Source: the human T2T-CHM13v2.0 reference genome, Homo sapiens. From it: 64,000 nt of DNA. Where the stretch lies: NCBI RefSeq assembly GCF_009914755.1, contig NC_060945.1; one strand, 5' to 3'. Made by a program: the position numbers and the translations under genes. Below are positions 1 to 13,812 of the stretch, in pieces (positions within the stretch are counted from its first letter, which is position 1; every line of letters begins with the position of its first letter). The notes beneath the pieces were generated by a model. That model worked only from the letters and a program-made list of their open reading frames with translations, made no database searches and was not told where the DNA came from.

Positions 1-3000
1 GGATTCCAGAACACTGCTGCTGTGTTCAAAATGTTTGTTCCTCGCATAGGACTCCAGAACTCACCTGCTATGGTCTGAACGATTGTCCCTCATATAGGAA
101 TCCAGAACATTACTGCCTTGGTCTGAATTGTTGACCAGAATCCTGCTGTGGTCTGAATGTTTCTCCCTCACATAGGTTCCAAAACATTCCTGCTGTTTTC
201 TGAGTGTTTCTCCCACAAATAGGATTCCAGAACACTGCTACTGTGGTCTGAAAGTTTCTCCCTCACATAGGATTCCAGAACACTGCTACAAGGGTCTGAA
301 TTATTCTCCATCATATAGGATTCCAGAACACTCCTGTTGTCGTCTGAATGTTTATCCCTCACTGAGGATTCCAGAACACTGCTGTTGGGTTCTGAGTGTT
401 TGTCCCTCATGTACGATTCCAGAACCCTGCCACGTGGGTCTAAATGTTTGTCCCTCACACAGGACTCCAGAACAATGCTACGAGGGTCTGAATCTTTGTC
501 CCAAACTTGGATTCCAGAACCCACCAGCTGTGATCTTTCTGATGGTCTCTCACATAGGATCCAGAACAATGACGCTGGGTTCTGAGTGTTTCTCCCTCAC
601 ATAGGAATCCAGAACACTCTTGCTGTTGTCTGAATGTGTGTCCCTCACTTAGGTTTCCAGAATACTGCTGTTGGGTTCTGAGTGTTTGTCCCTCATTTAC
701 GATTCCAGACCACTGCTACGTGTCTCTAAATGTTTGTCCCTCAGATAGGATTCCCGAACACCGCTACGAGGGTCTGAATGTTTGTCCCACAGTTAGGTTT
801 CCAGAACACCCCAGCTATCGTCTGAATGATTGGCCTTCATATAAGATTCTGGAAAACTGCTGCTGGTTTCTGAGAGGTTCTCTCTCACATAGGATTTCAG
901 AACACTGCTGCTGGGGTCTGAAAGTTTGTCCCTCACATAGGATTCCAGAGCACTGCTACGAGGTTCTGAATTATTCTCCCTCACATAGGATTCCAGAACA
1001 CTCCTGCCATCATCTGAATGTCCCTCACTTAGGATTCCAGAACACTGCTGTTGTGTTCTGAGTGTTTGTCCCTCACGTACTATTCCAGCACACTGGTACG
1101 TGGGTCTAAATGTTTGTCCCTCTCATAGGATTCCAGAACACTGCTATGAGTGTCTGAATGTTTGTCCCTCACATAGGGTTCCAGAACTCTCCTGCTGTGG
1201 TCTGAATGTTTGTCGCTCACTGAGGATTCTAGAACTCTGCTGTTGGGTTCTGAGTGTTTGTCCCTCACCTTTGATTACAGAACACTGCTACTTGATTCTA
1301 AATGTTTGTCCGTCACACAGGATTCCAGAACACTGCTATGAAGGTCTGAATGTTTGCCCCTCACATAGGATTCCAGAACACTGCTACGGGTGTCTTAATT
1401 ATTCCCCATCCCATCGGATTCCAGACACTCCACCTGTTGTCTGAATGTTTGTCCCTCACTTACGATTCGAGAACACTGCTGTTGGGTTCTGTGTATTTCT
1501 CACTTACATACTAGTCCAGAACACTGCTACGTGGGTCTAAATGTTTTTCTCTCACATAGGATTCCAGAACACTGCTACGAGGGTCTGAATGTTGTCCCAC
1601 CCACAGGACTCCAGAAAACATCTGCTGTTTTCTGAAAATATTTTCCTCACTTAGGATTCCAGAACAATGCTATGAGGGTTTGAATGTTTGTCCGATATGC
1701 AGGATTCCAAAACGTCCCAGCTGTGTTCTGAATGATTGTCCCTCACATAGGATTCCGGAAAACTGCTGTTGGGTTCTGAGTGTTTCTCCCTCACATAGGA
1801 TTCCAGAAAACTGCTACTGGTGTCTGAATGTTTGTCCCTCACTTCGGATTTCAGGAAATTGCTAAAAGGATCTGAATTATTCTCCCTAACATAGGATTCC
1901 AGAACACTCCTGCTGTGGTCTGAATGTTTGTCCCTCACATAGGATTCCAGATCACTGCTGCTTGGTTCTGAGTGTTTCTCCCTCAGATAGGATTCCAGAA
2001 CACTGTGGCTGTGGCCTGAATGTTTGTCCCTCACTTAGGATTACAGAACACTGCTGTTGGGTTCTGAGTGTTCCTCACGTACGATTCCAGAACACTGTCA
2101 CGTGGATCCAAAAGTTTCTCCTTCACATAGGATTCCACAACACTGCTACGAGGGTCTGAATGTCTCTCCCGCACATAGGTCTCCAGAACACTCCTGCTGT
2201 GTTCTGAATAATTTTTCTCACATGAGATTCCAGAACAATGCTACCAGGGTCTGAATGTTTGTCACACACGAAGGACTGCAGAATAACCCACCTGTGGTCT
2301 GAATGAATGTCCCTTACATAGAATTCCAGAACACTGCTGCTGGATTCTGAGTGTTTCTCCCTCACATCGGATTCCAGAACACTGCTACGAGGGTCTGAAT
2401 GATTGTACCTCACATAGGATTCCAGAACGCCCCTGCTCTGGTCTGAATGTTTGTCTCTCAGATAAGATTCCAGAACACTGCTGCTGGGTTCTGAGTGTTT
2501 GTCCCTCACATAGGATTCCAAAAAAGCGCTGCTGTGGTCTGAATGTTTGTTCCTCCCATATGATTCCAGAACACTCCTGTACTCTCTGAATGTTTGTCCC
2601 TCATGTAGGATTCCAGAACACTACTCCTGTGGTCTGAATGGTTGTACCACACATAGTATTCCAGAACAATCCTGCTGTGGTCTGGCTGTTTGTGCCTCAC
2701 ATGAGATTCCAGAGCAATCCTGCTGTGGTCTGTATGTTTCTCCCTCACATAGGATTCCAGAACATTCCTGCTGTGGTCTAAGTGTTTGTTCCTCAAGTAG
2801 TATTCTAGAACACTGCTACTGGGGTCTGAAAATTTGTCCCTCACATAGGATTCCAGAACATTGCTACCAGGGTTTGAAGTATTTTCCCTCACATAGGATA
2901 CCAGAACACTCCTGCTGTGGTCTGAATGTTTGTTCTTCACTTCGGATTACAGAACACTGCTGTTGGGTTCTGAGTGTTTGTCCCTCACAAACGATTCCAG

Positions 3001-6000
3001 AATACTGCTATGTGGGTCTAAATGTCTGTCCCTCACATAGGATTACAGAACACTGCTACGAGGGTCTGAATGTTTGTCCCACACATAGGACTCAAGAACT
3101 CTCCTGCTGTGTTATGAATGTATTTTCCTCTCATAGGATTCCATAACAATGGAAGGGTCTGAATGGTTGTCCCACTGGTAGGATTCCAGAACACCACAGC
3201 TGTGGTCTGAATGATTGTCCCTCACATAGGTTTCGAGAGCACTGCTGCTGGGTTCTTATTGTTTCTCCCTCACATAGGGTTCCAGAACACTGCTACTGGG
3301 TTCTCTAAATGTTTGTCCCTCACAAAGGATTCCAGAAAACTGCTCCAAGGGTCTGAATTTTTCTCCCTCACATAGTTTTCCAGAACACTCCTGCTGTGGT
3401 CTGTATGTTGGTCCCTCACTTTGTATTCCAGAACACTGCTGTTGGGTTCTGAGTGTTTATCCCTGACGTATGATTCCAGAACACTGCTATGTGGGTTTAA
3501 ATGTTTGTCCCTCACATAGGATTCCAGAACTTAGCTACGAGGGTATGAATGTTTGCCCCGCTTATGGGACTCCAGAACACTCCTGCTGTGTTCTGAATGT
3601 ATTCTCCTTATATACGTTTCCAGAACAATGCTACGAGTGTCTGAATGATTGTACCTCACATAGGATTCCAGAACACTCCTGCTCTGGTCTGAATGTTTGT
3701 TCCTCAGATAGGATTCCAGAACACAACTGCTCTGTTTTGAGTGTTTGTGCTTCACGTACGATTTCAGAACACTTCTATGTGGGTCTAAATGTTTGTCTGT
3801 CACATAGGATTCCAGAACACTGCTACAAGTGTTTGAATGTGTCTCCCGCACATAGGAATCCAGAACACTCCTGCTGTGTTCTGAATGTATTTTCCTCACA
3901 TAGGATTCCAAAACAATGCTACGAGGGTCTGAATGTTTGTTCCAAACGTAGGATTCCAGACCAATCCTCTGTGGTCTGAATGATTGTCCCTCACAAAGGA
4001 TTCCAGAGCACTGCTGCCGGATTCTGACTGTTTCTTCCTCACATAAGATTCCAGAACACTGCTACTGGGGTCTGAATGTTTGTCCCTTACATAGGATTCC
4101 AGAACACTGATACGAGTGTCTGAATTAATCACCCTCACATAGGATTCCAGAACACTCCTGCTGTGGTCTGAATGTTTTTTCCTCACTTAGGATTACAGAA
4201 CACTGCTGTTGGGATTTAGTGTTTGTGTTAATCTTAGTGTTAGGATTGCAGAACACTGCTACATGGGTCTAAATGATTGTCCTTCATATAGGATACGAGA
4301 ACACTACTGCTGTGGTCTCAATGGTTCACCCTCACATAGGATTCCAAAACATTCCTGCTGTGGTCTGACTGTTTGTCCCTCAAATAGGATTCCAGAACAC
4401 TGCTACTGGGGTCTGAATGTTTGTCCTTCACATAGGATTCCATAACATTGCAACGAGGGTCCGAATTACTCTCCCTCACATAGGATTCCAGAACATTCCT
4501 TCTGTAGTCTGAGTGTTTGTCCCTCCAATAGGATTCCAGAACACTGATATGTGGGTCTAAATATTCGTAACTCACATAGGATTCCAGAACACTGCTACGA
4601 GGATCTGAATATATGTCCCACACATAGGACTCCAGAACACTCCTGCTGTATTCTGAATGTATTTTCCTCACATAGGATTCCAGAAAAATGCTAAGAGGGT
4701 CTGAATGTTTGTCCCTCACATAGGATTGCAGAACACCCAAGCTGTGGTCTGAATTACTGTCCCTCACATAGGATTCCAGAACACTGCTGCTAGGTTCTGA
4801 GTGTTTCTCCCTCACATGGGAATCCAGAACACTGCTACGAGGGTCTTAATGATTGTACCTCACATAGGATTCCAGAACACTCCTACAGTGGTTTGAATGT
4901 TTGCCCCTCAGATAGGATTCCAAACAGTGCTGCTGGGTTCTGAGTGTTGGTCCCTCACATAGGATTCCAGAACACTGATGCTGTGGTCTGAATGTTTGTT
5001 TCTCACATAGGTTTCCAGAGCACACCTGCTGTGGTCTGAATGTTTGTTCCTCACATAGGATTCCAGAGCACACCTGCTGTGGTCTGAATGTTTGTCCCTC
5101 ATAGAACATTGCAGAACACTACTGCTGTGGTCTGAATGGTTGACCCTCACATAGGATTCCAGAACACTCCTGCTGTGGTCTGAATGGTTGACCCTCACAT
5201 AGGATTCCAGAACACTCCTGCTGTGGTCTTGGTGTTTGTGCCTAATATGGGATTCCAGAACAATCCTTCTGTGATCTGAATGTTTCTGCCTCACATAGGA
5301 TTCCATAACACCCCTGCTGTGGTCTGAATGTTTGTACCTCACTTGGAATTCCAGAACACTGCTGCTGGGTTCTCAGCATTTCTCCCTCACATAGGATTCC
5401 AGAAAACTGCTACTGGGGTCTAAATGTTTGTCCCATAGGATTCCAGAAAACTGCTACTGGGGCCTAAATGTTTGTCCCTCACGTAAGATTCCAGAACACT
5501 GCTACGATGCTCTGAATTATTTTCCCTCACATAGGATTCCAGAACACTCCTGGTATGTTCTGAATGTTTGGCCCTCTCTTAGGATTCCAGAACACTGCTA
5601 TATGGTTCTTAGTTTTTGTCCCTCATGTACGATTCCACAACACTGTTACCTGGGTGTAAATGTTTGTCCCTTACATAGTATTCCAGAACACTGCTATGAG
5701 AGTCTGAATGTTTGTCCCCCACATAGAGGTCCAGAACACAACTGCTGTATTTTGAAAGTATTTTCCTCAGATAGGACTCCAGAACAATGCTACGAGGGTC
5801 TGAATGTTTGTCCCACACGTAGGATTCTCGAACACCCCAGCTGTAGTGTGAATGATTGTCCCTCACATAGGATTACAGAACACTGATGCTGGGTTCTGAG
5901 TGTTTCTCCCTCATGATTCCAGAACATTGATACTGCGGTCTGAATGTCTTTCATTCACATAGGATTCCAGAACACTACTACAAGGGTCTGAATTATTCTC

Positions 6001-8930
6001 CCTCACATAGGATTCCAGAACTTTCCTGCTGTAGTCTGAATCCTTGTCTCTCACTTAGGATTCCAGAACACTGCTGTTGGGTTCTGAGTGTTTGTCCCTC
6101 ACATACAATTCTAGATCACGGCTATGTGGGTTTCAGGGTTTGTCCCCCACATAGGTTTCCAGAACACTGCTATGAGGTTCTGAATGTTTGTCTCACACAT
6201 AGGACTCCAGAACACTCCTGCTGTGTTCCAAATGCATTTTCCTCACATAGGATACCAGAACAATGCTACGAGGGTCTGAATGTCTGTCCCACACGTAGGA
6301 TTCCAGAACATCCCATCGGTGGTCTGAATGATTGTCCCTCACATAGGATTCTGGAATATTGCTCCTGGGTTCTGAATGTTTCTCCCTCACATGGGATTCC
6401 AGAACACTGCTGTTAGGCTCTGAGTGTTTGTCCCTCAGTTATAATTCCAGAACACTGCTACGTGGGTCCAAATGCTTGTCGATCACATAGGATTGCAGAA
6501 CACAGCTATTAGGGTCTGAATGTTTGTCCCACACAGAGGACTCCAGAAAACTCCTGCTGTGTTCTGAATGTATTTTCCTCACATTGGATACCAGAACAAT
6601 GTTACGAGGGTGTGAATGTTTGTCCCACAGGTAGGATTGCAGAACACTACTGCTGTGGTCTGAATGATTGTCCCTCACGTAGGATTCCAGAACACTGCTG
6701 CTGTGTTCTGAATGTTTCTCCCTCACATAGGATTCCAGAACACTCCTGCTGTAGTCTGAATGTTTGCAACTCACTTAGGATTCCAGAATACTGCTGTTGA
6801 GTTCTGAGTGTTTGTCCCTCAGGTATGATTCCATAACACTGCTACGTGGGTCTAAATGTTTCTCGATCACATGGGATTCCAGAACACAGCTACTAGAGTC
6901 TGAATGTTTGTCCCACACAAAGGACTCCAGAACGCTGCTGCTGTGTTCTCAACATATTTTCCTGACATAGGATTCCACACGAATGCTACAAGGCTCTGAA
7001 AGTTTGTCCCAGACGTAGGATTCCAAAACACCCCAGCTGTTGTCTGAATGATTGTCCCTCATATAAGATTCCAGAGCACTCCTGCTGTGGACTGAATGCT
7101 TTTTCCTCACATAGGATTCCAGAACTCTCCTGCTGTTGTCTGAATGTTTGTCCCACATGTAGGATTCCAGAACTCTACTGCTGTGGTCTGAATAGTTGAC
7201 TCTCTCACAGGATTCCAGAACACTTCTGCTGTGGTCTGGGTGTTCATGCCTCACAAGGGATTCCAGAACCATCCTGCTGTGGTGTGAGTGTTTGTCCCTC
7301 AAATAGGATTCAAGAACACTGCTACTGGGGTCGGAATGTTTGCCCTCACTTAGGATTCCAGAACACTGCTAGGAGGGTCTGAATAATTCTCCCTCACGTA
7401 GCATTCCAGAACACTCCTCTTGTGGTTTGAATGTTTGTCCCTCACTTAGGATTCCAGAACACAGTTGTTGGGTTCTCAGTGTTTGCCCTTAATGTATGAT
7501 TCCAGAACACTGCTAAGTAGGTCTAAATGTTTGTACCTCACATAGGAATCCAGAACACTGCTAGGAGGGTTTTAATGTTTCTCCCTCACCTAGGACTCCA
7601 GAACATTCCTGCAGTGTTCTGAATGTATTTTCCTCACATAAGATTAAAGAACAATGCTATGAAGGTATGAATGTTTGTCCCACACGAAGGATTCCAGAAC
7701 ACCCAGCTGTGGTCGGAATGATTGTCCCTCACATAGGATTCCAGAACACTGCTGCTGGGTTCTGAGTGTCTCTCCCTCACATAGGATTCCAGAAAACTCC
7801 TGCTGTGGTCTGAATGTATCTCCCTCACATAGGATTCCAGAACACTGCTACTGGGTTCTGAGTGTTTGTCTCTCACATAGGATTCCAGAACAATGCTATG
7901 AGGGTGTGAATGAGTGAACCTCACATAGGATTCCAGAACTCTCCTGCTCTCTTCTGAATTTTTGACCCTCTGAAAGGATTCCAGAACACTGCTACAGGGT
8001 TCTGAGTGTTTGTTCCTCACATAGGATTCTGGAACACTACTAAGAGTTTCTGAATTATTCTCCCTCACATAGGATTCCAGAACACTCCTGCTGTGGTCTG
8101 AATGTTTGTCCCTCACTTAGGATTCCAGAACACTGCTGTTGTGTTCTGAGTGTATGTCCCTCACGTACGATTCCAGAACACTGCAACGTGGGTCTAAATG
8201 TTTGTCACTCACATAGGATTCCATGACACTGCTACGAGGATCTGAATGTTTGTCCAGCACATAGGACTCCAGATCTCTCGTTCTCTGTTCTGAATGTATT
8301 TTCCTCACATAGATTCCAGAACAATGCTACGAGGGTCTGAATGTTTGTCTCACACATAGGATTCCAAAGCACCACAGCTGTGGTCTGTAAGATTGTTCCT
8401 CACATAGGACTCCAGAACACTGCTGCTGGGTTCTGAGTGTTTCTCCCTTGCATACACTTCCAGAACAATCCTGCTGCAGTCTGAATGTTTGTCCCTCACA
8501 TAGTATTCCATAACACTCCTGCTGGGCTCAGAATGTTTTTCCCTCACTTAGGATTCCAGAGAACTGCTGTTTGGTTCTGAGAGTTTATCCCCCACATACG
8601 ATTATAGAACACGGCTACGTGGGTCTCAATGTTTGTCCCTCACATAGGATTCCAGAACACTGCTACTGGGGTCTGAATGATTCTCCCTCACATAGGATTT
8701 CAGAACAATGGTGATGGGTTCTGAGTGTTTCTCCCTCACATAGGATTCCAGAACACTGCTACAAGGGTCCGAATGTTTGTCCCTCAGAGGGGCTTCCAGA
8801 ACACTGCTGCTAGGGTCTGAATGTTGGAACCTGACTTAGGACTCCAGAACACTCCTGCTGTGGTCTCAATGTTTATCCCACACACAGGATTCCAGAACAC
8901 TGCTACGAGGTTCTCAATGGTTGTCCCTAA

Positions 8931-10560
8931 CACAGAATTCCAGAACACTGCTACGAGTGTCTGAATGATTGTCCCTCACATAGGAAACCAGAGCACTGCT
9001 GCCGGGGACTGAATGTTTGTCCTTCACATAGGAATCCAGAACACTGCTGCTGGGTTCTCCATGTGTGTCCATCACATAGGATTCCAGAACACTGCTGCTG
9101 GGTTCTGAGTGTTTCTCCCTCACATATAACTCCATAACACTGCGATGAGGGTCTGAACCTTTTTCCGTTACGTAGGATTCCAGAACACTCCCGCTGTTGT
9201 TTGAATGTTTATCCCTCGCCTAGAAATCCAGAACACTGCTGCTGCAGTCTGAATGTTTGTCCCTCACATAGGATTCCAGAACATGGTTATGATTGTCTGA
9301 ATGTTTTTAACTCACATAGGATTCCAGAACACTGCTGATGGGGTCTCAATGTTTTTTCCACACATATGACCAAAGAACTCTGCTGCTACGTTCTGAATGT
9401 TTGTTGCTCACATAGCATTCCAGAACACTTCTGCTGTGGTCTGAATTTTTGTCCCTCACAAAAGATTCCCGATCACTCCCGCTGGGGTCTCAATGTTTGT
9501 CCATCACATAGGAATCAATAACACTGATGCTGGGGTCTGAAAGTTTGTCTTTCACATAGGATTCCAGAACCCTGCTACAAGGGTCCGAATGTTTGTCCCC
9601 CACATAGGATTCCAGAACACTGCTTCGATTGTCTGAATATTTGTCCCTCAGATAGGACTCCAGAACACTGCTGCAGGGGTCTAAATGTTTTTCTGTCACA
9701 TAGGATTCCAGAACACTGTTACGAGGGTCTGAATGCTTGTTCCTCACAGGGAATTCCAGAACATTCCTCTTGTGGTCTGAACGTTTGTTCCTCACATTAG
9801 ATTCTAGAACACTGCTATGAGCATATGAATGTTTGTCCCTCACACAGAATTCCAAAACACTGTTACGAGGGTCTGAATGATTGTCCCTCACATAGGATTC
9901 CAGAACACTGCTTCTGGGGTTTTAATGTTTGTCCCTCAAATAGGATTCCAGAACACTGCTGTTGGGGTCTATATGAATGTCAGTCCCATAGAATTCAAGA
10001 ACGCTTTTGCTGGGTTCTGAGTGTTTCTCCCTCACATAGAACTCCAGAACACTGCGACGAGGGTCTGACTATTTCTCCGTTACATAAGATTCCAGAACAC
10101 TCCCGCTGTTGTTTGAACTTTGGTTCCTCACATAGGATTCCACAACACTGAAGCTGGAGTCTTAATGTTTGTCCCTCACATAGGATTCCAGAACAGTGCT
10201 ACGATTGTCTGAATGTTTGTCCCTCACATAGTGTTCCAGAACACTGCTGCTGGGGTCTGAATGTTTGTGCCTCACATATGACCAAAGAACACTGCTGCTA
10301 GGGTCTCATTGATTGTTGCTCACATAGCATTCCAGAACATTCCTGCTGTGGTCTCTATTTTTATCCCTCACAAAAGATTCCAGAATACTCCTCTTGGTAT
10401 CTCAATGTTTGTCCCCCATATAGGACTCAAGAACACTTATGTTGGGGTCTGAAAGTTTGTCCCTCACATAGGATTCCAGAACACTGCTATGAAGGTCTGA
10501 ATGTTTGTCCCTCACATAATATTGCAGAACACTTCTACGATTGTCTGAATGTTCATCCCT
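8931..10560 (+). repeat. Diverged 912-bp (19-monomer) higher-order duplication within the satellite
   Basis: Five rare variant words recur at exactly +912: CACAGAATTCC 8931/9843, CAGAACACTCCCGCTGTTGTTTGAA 9181/10093, CACATATGACCAAAGAAC 9361/10273, AGCATTCCAGAACA 9414/10326, CACAAAAGATTCC 9457/10369. Outer limits are approximate. Confidence 0.8.
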
Positions 10561-13500
10561 CACTTAGGATTCCAGAACACTACTACGAGGGTCTGAATGT
10601 TTGTCCGTTACATAATATTCCACAACACTACTGCTGTGTTCTGAGTGTTTGTACCTCAGATAGGATTCCAGAAGAGTCACTCTGTGGCCTGAATGTTTGT
10701 CCCTCACATAGGGTTCCAGAACACTGCTGCTGGGTTCTGAATGTTTGTCCCTCACATAGTATTCAAGAACACTGCTACGAGGGTCTGAGTGTTTGTCATC
10801 TGCTTACAATTCCAGAACACACCCGCTGTTGTTTCAATGTTTGTCCCTAACATAGGATTCCAGAACACTGCTACTATTGTCTCACTATTTCTCCCGCACG
10901 CAGGATTCCAGAACACTGCTGTGAGGATCTGAATGTTTGTCCTCCACATAGGATTCCAGAACACTTCTGTTGTGTTCTGAATGTTTGTCCCTCAGATAGG
11001 ATTGCTGAGCACTCCTGCTGTGGTCTGAATATTTGTCCCACACATAGGATTGCAGAACACTCGTGCTGTGTTATGAATATTTTTCCCTCAGATAGGATTC
11101 CAGAACACTGCTACGAGCATCTGAATTATTCTCCCTCACATAGGATTCGAGAAAACTCCTGCTGTGGTCTAAATGTTTGTACTTCACTTCGGATTCCAGA
11201 ACACGGCTGTTCAGTTCTGGGTGTTTGTCCCTCACATACGATTCCAGGACACTGCTACTTGTGTCTGTATTATTCTCCCTCACATAGGATTCCATAACAC
11301 TCCTGCTGTGGACTGAATGTTTGTCCCTCACTTAGGACTCCAGAACACTTCTGTGGGTTCTGAGTGTTTGTCCCTGACATAAAATTCCACAGCACTGTTA
11401 CGTGGATCTAAATGTTTGACCCTCACATAGGATTCCAGAACACTGCTACAAGGATCTGAATATTTTTTCCCACACGTAGGATTCCAGAACACTCCTGCTG
11501 TTGTCTGAATGTTGGTCCATCACGTAGGATTCCAGAACACTGCTAGGAGTGTCTAAATTATTCTCCCTCTCATAGGATTCCAGAACACACCGGCAGGAGT
11601 CTGAATGTTTGTTCCTCACTTAGGATTCCAGAACACTCCTGCTGTTGTATGAACGTTTGTCCCTCACTTAGGATTACAGAACTCTGCTGTTGGATTCTGA
11701 GAGTTTCTCCCTCGCGTACGATTGCAGAACACTGCTGCGTGGGTCCAAATGCTTGTCCCTCACATAGGATTCCAGAACACTGCTATGAGGGTCTGAATGT
11801 TTCCCAGGCACATAGGACTCCAGAACACTGCTACGAGGGTCTGAATGTTTGCACCACACGTAGGACTTCAGAACACTCCTGCTGTTTTCTGAATGTATTT
11901 TCCTAGCATAAAATTCTAGAACAATGCTACGAGGGTCTGAATGCTTGACCCACACGTAGGATTGCAGACCACCCCAGGGGTGGTCTGAGTGACTGTCCCT
12001 CACATAGGATTCCAGAACCTTGCTGCTGGGTTCTGAGTGCTTGTCCCTCACATAGGATTCCAGAACACTGCTACTGGGTTCTGAATGTTTGTCCCTCACA
12101 TAGGAGTCCAGAACACTGATCCGAGGGTCTGAATTATTCTTCCTTACATAGGATTCTGGAACACTCGTGCTGTGGTATGAATGTTTGTCCCTCACTTAGG
12201 ATTCCAGATCACTGCTGCTGAGTTCTGAGTGTTTCTCCCTCCCATAGGATTCCAGAACATTCCTGTTGTTGTCTGAATGTTTGTCCCTCAGTTAGGATGA
12301 CAGAACACTGCTATTGGTTTCTGAGTGTCTGTCCCTCACGTATGAGGCCAGAACACTGCTACGTGAGTCTAAATGTTTGTTTCTCACGTAGGATTCCAGA
12401 ACACTGCTGCTGTGGTCTGAGTGTTTGTTCCTCACATAGGATTCCAGAACACTCCAGTTGTGGTCTGAAAGTTTTTTCCTCCTATTGGGTTCCAGAACAT
12501 GACTATTGTGGTCTGAATGTTTGACCATCACAAAGGATTCCAGAACCCTCCTTCTGTGGTCTGGGTGTTTGTGCCTCATATGGGATTCCAGAATAATCCT
12601 GCTGTCGTCTGAATGTTTCTCCCTCACATAGGATTCCAAAACATTCTTGTTGTGGTCTGAGTGTTTATCCCTCACGTGGGATTCCAGAACACTGCTACTG
12701 CGGTCTGAATGTTTGTCCCTAACATAGGATTCCAGAACACTTCTACGAGGGTCTGAATTATTCTCCTTCTCATAGGATTTCAGAACACTCCTGTTGTGGT
12801 CTGAATGTTTGTCCCTCACTTAGGATTCCAGAACACTGCTGTTGGATTCTGAGTGTTTCTCCCTCAAGTACGATTCCAGAATACTGCTACATGTGTCTAA
12901 ATGTTTGTCCCTCACAAACTATTCCAGAACACTGTTGCGAGGGTCTCAATGTTTGTTCTGCCCGTAGGACTCCATAACACTCCTGCTGTGTTCTTAATGT
13001 ATTTTCCTCACATAGGATTGCAGAACAATGCTACAAGGGTCTGAATGTTTGTCCCACACGTAGGATTCCAGAACGTCAGAGCTGTGGTCTGCAGGACTGT
13101 CCCTCAAATAGGATTCCAGAACACTGCTGCTGGGTTCTGTGTGTTGATCCCTCACATAGGATTCCAGAACAATCCTGTTGTGGTCTGGGTGTTTGTGCCT
13201 CACATGGGTTTCCAGAACAATCCTGCTGTGGTCTGAATGTTACTCACTCTTATAGGATTCCAAAGCATTCCTGCTGTGGTCTGTGTGTTTGTCCCTCAAA
13301 TAGGAATACAGAACACTGCTACTGGGGTCTGAATGTTTGTCCCTCACATAGGATTCCAGCACACTGTTACGAGGGTCTGAATTACTGCCCCTCACATAGG
13401 ATTCCAGAACACACCTGCTTTCTTCTGAAAGTTTGTCCTTCACTTAGGATTCCAGGACACTGCTGTTGGTTTCTAAGTGATTGTCACTCACGTATGATTC

Positions 13501-13563
13501 CAGAACACTGCTACTGCAGTCTGAATATTTGTCCCGCACATAGTATTCGAGGACACTGCTACT

Positions 13564-13812
13564 AGAGGGTCTAAATGTTTGTCCCTCTCATAGGATTCCA
13601 GAACACTTCTAAGAGGGTCTAAATGTTTGTCCCTCTCATAGGATTCCAGAACACTTCTAAGAGGGTCTAAATGTTTGTCCCTCTCATAGGATTCCAGAAC
13701 ACTTCTAAGAGGGTCTAAATGTTTGTCCCTCTCATAGGATTCCAGAACACTTCTAAGAGGGTCTAAATGTTTGTCCCTCTCATAGGATTCCAGAACACTT
13801 CTAAGAGGGTCT
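13564..13812 (+). repeat. Five identical tandem copies of one 48-bp monomer variant
   Basis: AGAGGGTCTAAATGTTTGTCCCTCTCATAGGATTCCAGAACACTTCTA starts at 13564, 13612, 13660, 13708 and 13756, with a partial copy at 13804. The ORF track shows repeated DPLRSVLESYERDKHL. Confidence 0.95.
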
